This document shows, piece after piece, positions 7,280 through 15,201 of a DNA stretch of 25,200 nt (position 1 is its first letter; each line of letters starts with the position of its first letter). Made by a program: the position numbers and the translations under genes. The stretch covers positions 1-25,200 of the IMG/VR virus record IMGVR_UViG_3300037801_000077; one strand, given 5' to 3'. Source of the stretch: a virus (taxonomy: Duplodnaviria > Caudoviricetes). The notes beneath the pieces were generated by a model. That model was not told the DNA's origin. It searched no databases and worked only from the letters and a program-made list of their open reading frames with translations.

Positions 7280-8865
7280 CTTGCCCAAGTTGCCCTTCGT
7301 CAGACGGCTTTGCGCTGTATGATGACGGTCACGGTTATTGCTTTGTGTGCGGCTACCACGCGAACAGCGGCTTCACGCCTAGCAAACCGAAAGAAACGAA
7401 ATTGACAAACCTAATTGAAGCGGGTGAACCCCGCGCACTTAAAAAGCGACAGTTGTCGCTGGAAACCTGTAAGAAATGGAACTACGCAGTTTCAACTTAC
7501 AATAATCAGACCGTTCAGGTAGCGAACTACACGGACGCTTCTGGGAGCATTGTCGCTCAGAAACTACGCTTTCCCAACAAGGACTTTTTGTTCCTTGGAG
7601 ACAGCAAGCAGGCTGGCCTGTACGGGCAGAGCCTGTGGCGGGACGGTGGCAAAATGGTCACCATTACCGAAGGCGAACTTGATGCCTTGAGCCTTTCGCA
7701 GGCTATGGGCAACAAGTGGCCTTGTGTAAGCATCAAGCGTGGCGCGGCAGGCGCGAAAAGAGACATTCAAGAATCTCTGGAGTGGCTCAACAAGTTTGAG
7801 ACTGTCGTTTTTATGTTTGACAATGATGACGCTGGTCGCAAAGCGGCGAAAGAATGCGCGGCACTGCTCCCACCAAACAAAGCCAAGATTGCCCAGTTGC
7901 CCCTGAAGGATGCCAGCGAGATGCTGGTAGCAGGCAAGGTGGACGAGCTTATCAACTGCATGTGGGGCGCAAAAGAGTTCCGACCAGACGGCATCCTCAA
8001 TGGTGCTGACCTCTGGGACGTAGTAACACGCGAAGACAATACCAAGTCGTTTCCATACCCATATGACGGACTGAACCAGAAGACCCTTGGGCTACGGCGT
8101 GGAGAGATTGTCACGGTGACTGCTGGGTCTGGCATAGGCAAGTCACAGTTATGTCGTGAGTTCGCTCACTACCTTCTGACCCAAGGCGAGACTATTGGCT
8201 ATATCGCTCTCGAAGAGAGTGTCCGCCGTACTGCTCTTGGCCTGATGTCGATTGCAGTCAACCTGCCCCTGCACTTGGGCAGTAAGGATGTGGACGAGAA
8301 GGACATGAAAGAAGCCTTCGACAGCACCTTGGGTACTGGGCGTGTCTACCTGTATGACCACTGGGGTTCGACTGAAAGCGAGAACCTCATCAGCAAAATC
8401 CGCTATCTGGCGAATGGGTGCGAATGCAGTTTCATCGTCCTTGACCACATTTCGATTGTCGTGAGTGGCCTAGAGGGTGGCGATGAACGCCGAATGATTG
8501 ACAACACCATGACCAAGCTTCGTGCGCTGGTCGAGGAGTTAGATATCGGCCTCATATTGGTCAGTCACCTCAAACGACCTGATGGCAAAGGCCATGAGGA
8601 AGGCGCACAGACATCTCTCTCACAGCTTCGCGGCTCTGCTTCGCTTGGGCAACTAAGTGACATCGTAATCGGCTGTGAGCGCAACCAACAGGATAACACT
8701 CATGCAAACATTACCACACTGCGTGTTCTCAAGAACCGCTGGACGGGTGAGACAGGCGAGTGTTGTTCATTGGCTTGGGACAGAGACACTGGTCGCATGG
8801 TCGAAGTAGACCTAGCGGAATTACAAACCGACTTTGAAACGCTGGATAACACAGAGGGGTACTAG
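7240..8865 (+). CDS. DNA primase-helicase (gp4-like)
   Basis: Zinc finger CPSC..CFVC, TOPRIM EGELDA and FDNDDAG, Walker A AGSGIGKS, LDHISI, LRGS, KNRWTG. Confidence 0.96.
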   Translation: MVERNDSEFVQHVACPSCPSSDGFALYDDGHGYCFVCGYHANSGFTPSKPKETKLTNLIEAGEPRALKKRQLSLETCKKWNYAVSTYNNQTVQVANYTDASGSIVAQKLRFPNKDFLFLGDSKQAGLYGQSLWRDGGKMVTITEGELDALSLSQAMGNKWPCVSIKRGAAGAKRDIQESLEWLNKFETVVFMFDNDDAGRKAAKECAALLPPNKAKIAQLPLKDASEMLVAGKVDELINCMWGAKEFRPDGILNGADLWDVVTREDNTKSFPYPYDGLNQKTLGLRRGEIVTVTAGSGIGKSQLCREFAHYLLTQGETIGYIALEESVRRTALGLMSIAVNLPLHLGSKDVDEKDMKEAFDSTLGTGRVYLYDHWGSTESENLISKIRYLANGCECSFIVLDHISIVVSGLEGGDERRMIDNTMTKLRALVEELDIGLILVSHLKRPDGKGHEEGAQTSLSQLRGSASLGQLSDIVIGCERNQQDNTHANITTLRVLKNRWTGETGECCSLAWDRDTGRMVEVDLAELQTDFETLDNTEGY

Positions 8866-8867
8866 CA

Positions 8868-9140
8868 ATGGCAAAAATAAAGAGCGAAGTAGAAATCACA
8901 GTTGATGTGACTCTGGAGAAAGATGGGCTGGGTGTACTTGCGTTTTCCGACCCTGAAACACCGCCTCAACTTTTTTCAATCACCTATGACGCTCTTTTCG
9001 ATGAAACTGATGAGCTATATGGCAATGGGCGTGGGGGTCTGATTAGTGACCCTGAAGACAAAGAAACCGTCCTAGCCATTGCACATCAGCTTCGTGACCT
9101 TGCCGATGACCTCGCCAACCTGTGCGGACAGACACTGTAA
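8868..9140 (+). CDS. Hypothetical acidic protein (90 aa)
   Basis: GAGGGG RBS; tightly packed between the helicase and polymerase genes. Confidence 0.75.
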   Translation: MAKIKSEVEITVDVTLEKDGLGVLAFSDPETPPQLFSITYDALFDETDELYGNGRGGLISDPEDKETVLAIAHQLRDLADDLANLCGQTL

Positions 9141-9147
9141 CTAAAAA

Positions 9148-9162
9148 CGTAACAATGTAACG
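9148..9162. promoter_or_regulatory. Palindromic operator-like site 4, CGTAACAATGTAACG (one mismatch)
   Basis: Occupies most of the 25-nt gap before the DNA polymerase ATG. Confidence 0.7.
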
Positions 9163-9165
9163 ATT

Positions 9166-10932
9166 ATGAGACTGATATTTGATATTGAGGCCAATAGCCT
9201 CGCACCTGACATTGTACACTGCATTGTCGCACGGGATGCGGACACAGACGAAGAGTATGTGTTCCGTCCTGACCAGCTTGAGGCAGGGCTTGAACTCCTT
9301 GCACAGGCTGACTGCCTGATTGGGCATAACATAATGGGCTACGATTTACCTGCCCTCAAAAACATCTTTGACTTCGACTATGAAGGCGAGGTGCGTGACA
9401 CGTTAGTGATGTGCCGCCTTATCTGGTCTGACGTTAAGAACAAGGACTTCACGCTCTATCATGCAGGCAAACTGCCACCGAAGATGATTGGCTCACATAG
9501 CCTCAAGGCATGGGGTTACCGCCTTGGAGAACTGAAGGGCGACTTTGGTGAGCAAGAAGACTTTGATGTTTTCACTGAGCAGATGCTTGAGTACTGCCGC
9601 CAAGATGTGAAGGTGAATAAACGCCTGTTCTCAAAGATTGAGGGCAAGAACTACAGCGAAGAGGCCATCAAGTTGGAGCATGAGGTACACCACCATTTAT
9701 TGGTGCAGGAGTACCTTGGGTTTCCCTTTGATGAGCAGGCTGGCTGGAAGCTGTATGGCGAGTTGTCTAACCGCCGCACAGAGATTGAGGCTGAACTTCA
9801 AGAGGTCTTTCTGCCGTGGCGTGAAGAGACAGAGTTCATACCCAAGGTCAACAATAAGAAACTTGGTTATGTGAAGGGTGAGCCTTTCATCAAAGTCAAA
9901 GAAACTGTTTTCAATCCCTGTTCCCGTGAACACATAGCCCGTGCGCTTCGAGAGCGATACGACTGGAAACCTGATGAGTTCACTGAGACAGGGCTTGCAA
10001 AGGTGGACGAGACTGTTCTCTCTGCCTTGAATTACCCAGAGGCAAAACTTCTATCTGAATACCTGATGCTCCAGAAACGACTGGGACAGCTTGGGGAAGG
10101 TAAGCAAGCTTGGCTCAAGCTCGTTAAGAAAGGACGAATACATGGACGGGTCAATCATATGGGAACGCATACGTCACGTTGTACGCATTCAAATCCCAAC
10201 ACTGGTCAAATACCTTCTACAGGGGCTACTTACGGTAGTGCTTGTCGGAGTCTTTTTATCGCTCCTGATGGCTATCGTATTGTCGGCTGTGATGTTAGCG
10301 GTCTGGAGCTACGCGCTCTGGCTCATTATATGGCTCTATACGATGGGGGAGCGTATGCCGATGAGATACTTACGGGAGACATACATACAACCAACATGGA
10401 AGCCGCTGGCTTACCTTCACGAGCGACTGCAAAGACTTTCATCTACGGGTTTCTCTACGGTGGAGGTGATGAAAAAATCGGTAGCATCGTTGGTAAAAAT
10501 GCTCAAGCGGGACGAAGGCTCAAAGCCCAGTTCCTAAAAAAGACCCCTGCGCTTGCCAAGCTTCGTGACAACGTGAGCAAGGCGGCAGAAAACAGGGGCT
10601 ACCTAAAAGTGTTGGATGGGCGAAAAGTGCCTGTCCGACATAAACACGCAAGCTTGAATACGCTTCTTCAAAGCACGGGTGCAATCATCTGCAAGCGGTG
10701 GCTCGTTGAGTTCCATCGCAAGATGCAGGCTGAAGGCTTTGTGCTTGGAGAGGACTATTACCAAGCGGCATTTGTTCATGATGAGCTTCAGATTATAGCC
10801 AAAAAGAGCATCACAGAGCGCGTAGGAGCTTTGTGTGTGGAAGCCATCGCGGACGCGGGAGAAGCCTACAACTTCCGACTACGACTTGATGGAGAGTATA
10901 ATGTCGGAAAAAACTGGGCTGAAACCCACTAA
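9166..10932 (+). CDS. Family A DNA polymerase (gp5-like)
   Basis: Exonuclease motifs FDIE, GHNIMGYD, YCRQD; polymerase motifs DVSGLELR (A), RATAKTFIYGFLYG (B), VHDE (C). Confidence 0.96.
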   Translation: MRLIFDIEANSLAPDIVHCIVARDADTDEEYVFRPDQLEAGLELLAQADCLIGHNIMGYDLPALKNIFDFDYEGEVRDTLVMCRLIWSDVKNKDFTLYHAGKLPPKMIGSHSLKAWGYRLGELKGDFGEQEDFDVFTEQMLEYCRQDVKVNKRLFSKIEGKNYSEEAIKLEHEVHHHLLVQEYLGFPFDEQAGWKLYGELSNRRTEIEAELQEVFLPWREETEFIPKVNNKKLGYVKGEPFIKVKETVFNPCSREHIARALRERYDWKPDEFTETGLAKVDETVLSALNYPEAKLLSEYLMLQKRLGQLGEGKQAWLKLVKKGRIHGRVNHMGTHTSRCTHSNPNTGQIPSTGATYGSACRSLFIAPDGYRIVGCDVSGLELRALAHYMALYDGGAYADEILTGDIHTTNMEAAGLPSRATAKTFIYGFLYGGGDEKIGSIVGKNAQAGRRLKAQFLKKTPALAKLRDNVSKAAENRGYLKVLDGRKVPVRHKHASLNTLLQSTGAIICKRWLVEFHRKMQAEGFVLGEDYYQAAFVHDELQIIAKKSITERVGALCVEAIADAGEAYNFRLRLDGEYNVGKNWAETH

Positions 10933-11344
10933 GAAAGACCGAAAGAAATTTGATTTAGACCTTGCTTACGGACAGCTTCATGAAGACCGCATTGCGGACA
11001 TGCTTCAGAACAAAAAAATCGAGGTCAAAACAGAGCGTGACCAGTGGTCAAAAACTGGGAACATCTGCATCGAGTTTCAAAGCTGGGGAAAGCCCAGCGG
11101 TATAAAAGCAACCGAAGCCGATTTCTGGTTTCATAATCTTGCTTTGGGTGATGACGTTTTTTGCACCTTGGTGTTTAGCGTTGATAACCTGAAGAAAATC
11201 GTTGAACGCCTCGACCACCATCGCGTTGTAAACGGCGGTGACCATAATGCGTCCCGCATGTTTCTTGTGAACCTGTCGAAGCTGTTCAGTACGGATACGG
11301 TCAAACTGTACGCTGACCTATCCACTGAGGAAACTGACACATGA
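10901..11344 (+). CDS. Hypothetical protein, possible PD-(D/E)xK nuclease-like fold
   Basis: Start at ATG 10901 after GGAG; IEVKTERD and GNICIE..GKPSGI motifs. The fold assignment is inference. Confidence 0.7.
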   Translation: MSEKTGLKPTKKDRKKFDLDLAYGQLHEDRIADMLQNKKIEVKTERDQWSKTGNICIEFQSWGKPSGIKATEADFWFHNLALGDDVFCTLVFSVDNLKKIVERLDHHRVVNGGDHNASRMFLVNLSKLFSTDTVKLYADLSTEETDT

Positions 11345-12123
11345 ATGTACGACTACTTGTTGATGGAGACATCATCGCATACCGCACAGCGGCGGCTTGC
11401 GAACACCCAATAAAATGGGATGAAGACCTATGGACTTTGCACACCAGCGAAGCAGAGGTCATGGCTGAACTGACGAAGAGCATTGAGGCTTTGAAAGATA
11501 AGTTCAAAACGGAAGAGGTAATCATCGCCTTGTCTGACCGTAAGAACTTCAGAAAGGAACTGAATCCTGAGTACAAAGCCAATCGTGCCAACACCCGAAA
11601 GCCTATGGGCTTGGGAGTTGCACAGGACTTCTTCAAAACCAAATACCTAGCAGTCATATGGCCTACGCTTGAGGCGGATGACGTTCTTGGAATCATGGCT
11701 ACACAAAGCTTTGATGAAGATACAATCATCGTTTCGGACGATAAAGACCTGCAAACGATTGCTGGCTACCACTACAACAAAGGTGAGGTTATTGAGGTAT
11801 CAGAACAACAAGCCCTCAAAAACTTCTACACCCAAGTACTGACGGGCGATACGGCTGACAACTACAAAGGTTGTCGTGGCGTTGGGCCAGTCAAAGCAGA
11901 GCGCATCCTTGCTGGATGCAGAACATCACTTGATATGTGGCAGGCCGTTCTTGGTGCTTATGCCAAAGCTGAACAGCCCAGTGAAGACGCACTGATGAAT
12001 GCTCGTATGGCTTACCTGCTTCGTGCTGGTGATGTGAATGTCTCCTTCGGCAACGTCAAGCTATGGGAGCCGCCTTTGACCGCAGACGAAGGTTACACGA
12101 AGGAGATGGCACATGGCTCGTGA
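11341..12123 (+). CDS. 5'-3' exonuclease (gp6-like)
   Basis: LVDGDIIAY, YKANR, LEADD, DKDL, GDTADNYKG..GVGP. Confidence 0.93.
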   Translation: MNVRLLVDGDIIAYRTAAACEHPIKWDEDLWTLHTSEAEVMAELTKSIEALKDKFKTEEVIIALSDRKNFRKELNPEYKANRANTRKPMGLGVAQDFFKTKYLAVIWPTLEADDVLGIMATQSFDEDTIIVSDDKDLQTIAGYHYNKGEVIEVSEQQALKNFYTQVLTGDTADNYKGCRGVGPVKAERILAGCRTSLDMWQAVLGAYAKAEQPSEDALMNARMAYLLRAGDVNVSFGNVKLWEPPLTADEGYTKEMAHGS

Positions 12124-12502
12124 AAGTTACCACGACTACATGGGTCGCTCCATGAAAGAGATGCGGGAAAGCACTAATAGCAAACGCCAAAACCTTCTGG
12201 TTGCACATGAAGCCATGTGTGCCAAGGCGCGAGTTCTTATGGACAAGAAAAACCAAGATTACGCAGGTGACGAAGACATCTTTGCCAACTTTCGGCGGAC
12301 TGAAGATATGGGTATCACCTCTACAGAAAAGGGCTTTCTGGTTCGTATGACCGACAAGTTTAGTCGGTTGGCTTCGTTCACCGAAAACAATGAGTTGGCG
12401 GTGAAGGATGAGTCAGTCGAGGACACTTTGATTGACATCATCAACTACGCCGTCCTGTTCCACCAATATATAAAGACGAAAAAAGACGAAAATGAAAAGT
12501 AA
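12113..12502 (+). CDS. DUF1599-like (nucleotide-modification-associated) helical protein
   Basis: KKNQDYAG..FANF, RMTDKFSRL, DTLIDIINYA pattern; AAGGAG RBS. Confidence 0.6.
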   Translation: MARESYHDYMGRSMKEMRESTNSKRQNLLVAHEAMCAKARVLMDKKNQDYAGDEDIFANFRRTEDMGITSTEKGFLVRMTDKFSRLASFTENNELAVKDESVEDTLIDIINYAVLFHQYIKTKKDENEK

Positions 12503-14396
12503 TTATCTCCCCACAGACTACCAAACATTCATCGCCACTTCCCGATATGCTCGTTGGCTTCCTGAAGAGGAACGCCGCGAGTCATGGGGTGAAACTGTAG
12601 ACCGTTTCATGGCAAACATTATTGAAAGACACATAACCGATAAGAAGACTGTCAAACAGGTTCGTGAGGCTATCCTTAATTTGGATGTAATGCCTTCCAT
12701 GAGAGCCTTAATGACAGCAGGCGAGGCCGCAGACCGTGACAACACTTGTATATATAATTGTTCCTATCTCCCTGTTAATCATCCACGCGCATTTGATGAA
12801 GCAATGTTCATTTTGCTTTGCGGGACTGGGGTAGGCTTCAGTGTGGAGCGTCAGTACATAGATGCTCTGCCAACAATCCCTGCCGACCTTGCGCCGTCCG
12901 ATGACACGATTGTTGTCCAAGACAGTAAAGAGGGTTGGTCTAAAGCATACCGCAAGCTCATCTCATTCCTGTACAGCGGCGACATTCCGCAGTGGAACTT
13001 GGACAAGATACGCCCAGCGGGTGCGCGACTGAAGACCTTCGGAGGCCGCGCCAGTGGCCCAGAGCCGCTTGACCAGTTGTTCCGCTACACAGTGGACAAG
13101 TTCAAAGAGGCCGCTGGTCGCCGTCTGGACAGCTTCGAGTGTCACAGCATCATGTGCAAGATTGGTGAGATTGTTGTCGTAGGCGGTGTGCGCCGCAGTG
13201 CAATGATTAGTCTCAGCAATTTGCAGGATGACAAGATGCGTACCGCCAAATCAGGCAACTGGTGGGAACACCGACCTGAGATGGCCTTGGCAAACAACTC
13301 AGTTGTCTACACCAAGACCCCCGACATGGAAGCATTCATGCGTGAATGGGTTGCCTTGGTAGAAAGCAAGTCAGGTGAGCGGGGCATCTTCAGCCGCGTA
13401 GCCGCACAAGCACATGTAGAAAACAACGGACGGCGAGAACACGACCACGAGTTTGGGTGCAACCCATGCTCTGAAATCCTGTTGCGTCCTTATCAGTTCT
13501 GCAACCTGTCTGAGGTAGTCGTAAGAGCTACAGACACACCGCAGACCCTCAAGAAAAAGGTCAAGATTGCAACAATCATTGGGACGGTGCAGTCGATGTT
13601 TACCTACATGCCTTATCTACGTCCCGTTTGGAACAAAAATACCGATGAAGAAAGGCTGTTGGGTGTAAGCCTGACAGGTATTATGGACAATGAATACACG
13701 AAAAATCCTGAACCATCCCTTCTGGAGAGCCTTCGTAGCGTGGCAGTACAAACAAACAGGGATTATGCAGAGCTACTTGCAATCCCTCAGAGTACGGCTA
13801 TCACCTGTGTCAAGCCTAGTGGTACTGTCTCACAGCTTGTTGATTCCGCCAGCGGCATTCATGCTCGTCATTCTGACTACTATATTCGCAATGTGCGAGG
13901 CGATAACAAAGACCCGCTAACACAGTTTATGATTGAGCAGGGGATACCTTCAGAACCTGAGTATCTCAAGCCAGACAACACCACAGTGTTTAGCTTTCCT
14001 ATGCGTTCACCTCACGGTGCGATAACTCGTACCGAAATGAGTGCCATCGAACAGCTAGAGATTTGGAAGCTGTATGCTATCCACTTCTGTGAGCATAAGC
14101 CGTCTGTAACTATTTCAGTTAAGGATGAAGAGTGGATGCATGTCGGTGCATGGGTTTACGACAACTTCAGCATCCTATCGGGCATCTCATTCTTGCCCTA
14201 TAGCGACCATGTATATCGCCAAGCTCCTTACCAAGATATTGATGAGGAAACCTACAAAGAACTAATGGCAAAAATGCCTGCCAGCGTTGATTGGTCACGC
14301 CTTCGTGAATACGAGAAGGAAGACAACACAATGGGTAGTCAGACTTTGGCTTGTTCAGGCGATAGCTGTGAGGTTGTCGATATCGTTACAGTGTAA
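12492..14396 (+). CDS. nrdJ: Class II (adenosylcobalamin-dependent) ribonucleotide reductase
   Basis: YNCSY, GGVRRSA, NPCSE, TCVKPSGT, C-terminal CSGDSC; no beta-subunit gene nearby. Confidence 0.9.
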   Translation: MKSNYLPTDYQTFIATSRYARWLPEEERRESWGETVDRFMANIIERHITDKKTVKQVREAILNLDVMPSMRALMTAGEAADRDNTCIYNCSYLPVNHPRAFDEAMFILLCGTGVGFSVERQYIDALPTIPADLAPSDDTIVVQDSKEGWSKAYRKLISFLYSGDIPQWNLDKIRPAGARLKTFGGRASGPEPLDQLFRYTVDKFKEAAGRRLDSFECHSIMCKIGEIVVVGGVRRSAMISLSNLQDDKMRTAKSGNWWEHRPEMALANNSVVYTKTPDMEAFMREWVALVESKSGERGIFSRVAAQAHVENNGRREHDHEFGCNPCSEILLRPYQFCNLSEVVVRATDTPQTLKKKVKIATIIGTVQSMFTYMPYLRPVWNKNTDEERLLGVSLTGIMDNEYTKNPEPSLLESLRSVAVQTNRDYAELLAIPQSTAITCVKPSGTVSQLVDSASGIHARHSDYYIRNVRGDNKDPLTQFMIEQGIPSEPEYLKPDNTTVFSFPMRSPHGAITRTEMSAIEQLEIWKLYAIHFCEHKPSVTISVKDEEWMHVGAWVYDNFSILSGISFLPYSDHVYRQAPYQDIDEETYKELMAKMPASVDWSRLREYEKEDNTMGSQTLACSGDSCEVVDIVTV

Positions 14397-14398
14397 CG
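14384..14398. promoter_or_regulatory. Palindromic operator-like site 5, CGTTACAGTGTAACG
   Basis: Perfect 7-1-7 palindrome overlapping the last codons and stop of nrdJ, at the replication/structural boundary. Confidence 0.8.
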
Positions 14399-14403
14399 GT
14401 TTT

Positions 14404-14419
14404 TGGACATTATCGGAAA
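14404..14419 (+). promoter_or_regulatory. Putative late phage promoter TGGACATTATCGGAAA
   Basis: Shares TGGACATTAT with 5797; intergenic at the head of the structural module, 5 bp from operator 5. Confidence 0.5.
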
Positions 14420-14425
14420 AACATC

Positions 14426-14626
14426 ATGAAAGTGTTTTCTAGTACTCCGTTTGTCTCTGTGGAACTGCTTACCTACATGGAAGAGCAGTTCCCTGACAAA
14501 CTTCCAAAGGATTCCCAGATACCTATAGATGCCTTGCGTATTCTACAAGGGCAACAAATGGTTATCGAAAAACTTAGACAACTCCACAATAACGAGGACG
14601 AAGAAGAAAATGTGCAGTCGCCCTAA
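14426..14626 (+). CDS. Small hypothetical protein (position of T7 gp6.5)
   Basis: 66 aa with LLTYMEEQFPDKLP..GQQMVIEKL; first gene of the structural block. Confidence 0.75.
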   Translation: MKVFSSTPFVSVELLTYMEEQFPDKLPKDSQIPIDALRILQGQQMVIEKLRQLHNNEDEEENVQSP

Positions 14627-14867
14627 AGCTCCCAAGCCACCACCGCCCCCTCCCGCTCCACCGAAAGCGGCGGCGGCAGGCCCAGAAGACATACAAACCT
14701 TCGAGTTTGAAACCAACCTAGCTACACAGAACAAAAAGAAGCGCGGCAAGAAACGATTCCGTATCAAACCAGAGGAAAGCGTCAACATGGCGGGTAGCGC
14801 AAATTTCGGCGGCACTGGCTCTTCCACCAATACTGGTGGCCTCTCCATCCCAAAAAAGGCGGCATAA
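14610..14867 (+). CDS. Small Pro-rich virion protein (gp6.7/7.3-like)
   Basis: Start at ATG 14610 (MCSRPKAPKPPPP), KRGKKRFRI, C-terminal GLSIP; upstream of the portal gene. Confidence 0.7.
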   Translation: MCSRPKAPKPPPPPPAPPKAAAAGPEDIQTFEFETNLATQNKKKRGKKRFRIKPEESVNMAGSANFGGTGSSTNTGGLSIPKKAA

Positions 14868-14870
14868 GTT

Positions 14871-15200
14871 ATGTGTGACGGCGGCGGAGGCGGCGGCGGA
14901 GGCGGAAGCTTCGGCGGCGGCGGTGGCGGCGGAGGTGGCTTCGGCGGCATGGGCGGCGGCATTGGCGGCTTCGGCGGTGGCGGCGGAGACATAGGTTATG
15001 GTGGCGGCTCTGGTGGCTCTGCTATGTACAAAGGCCGTATTACTGACCAAAAAGAAGCAGAGGCCATTGCAGATAGCTTAAATGCCCTTGCAAGGCGTAA
15101 ACGCAGAGGCAAACGCAGATTTAGAAGTCAGATTGTCCAAGGCGAAAACATAGGACTAAATATCCCAGCGCAAGGCGCGTCAGTAAACGTACCAAGTTAA
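14871..15200 (+). CDS. Small Gly-rich virion protein, paralog-like to the upstream gene
   Basis: MCD plus poly-Gly, RRGKRRFRS, GLNIP; stop abuts the portal start. Confidence 0.7.
   Translation: MCDGGGGGGGGGSFGGGGGGGGGFGGMGGGIGGFGGGGGDIGYGGGSGGSAMYKGRITDQKEAEAIADSLNALARRKRRGKRRFRSQIVQGENIGLNIPAQGASVNVPS
14880..14987 (+). repeat. GGC-rich coding microsatellite with 30-nt period
   Basis: (GGC)n runs; GCTTCGGCGG at 14908, 14938 and 14968. Confidence 0.85.
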
Positions 15201-15201
15201 A

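Noticed and set aside
14543-15050. Minus-strand poly-Pro and poly-Ala ORFs (14543..14992, 14718..15050)
   Set aside because: Shadows of the GGC repeat, antisense to coherent plus-strand genes.
14871-15200. Microcin B17-like Gly-rich precursor
   Set aside because: No leader peptide, few Ser/Cys in the tract and no YcaO or transporter genes in the window. The C-terminus matches the neighbouring virion protein.
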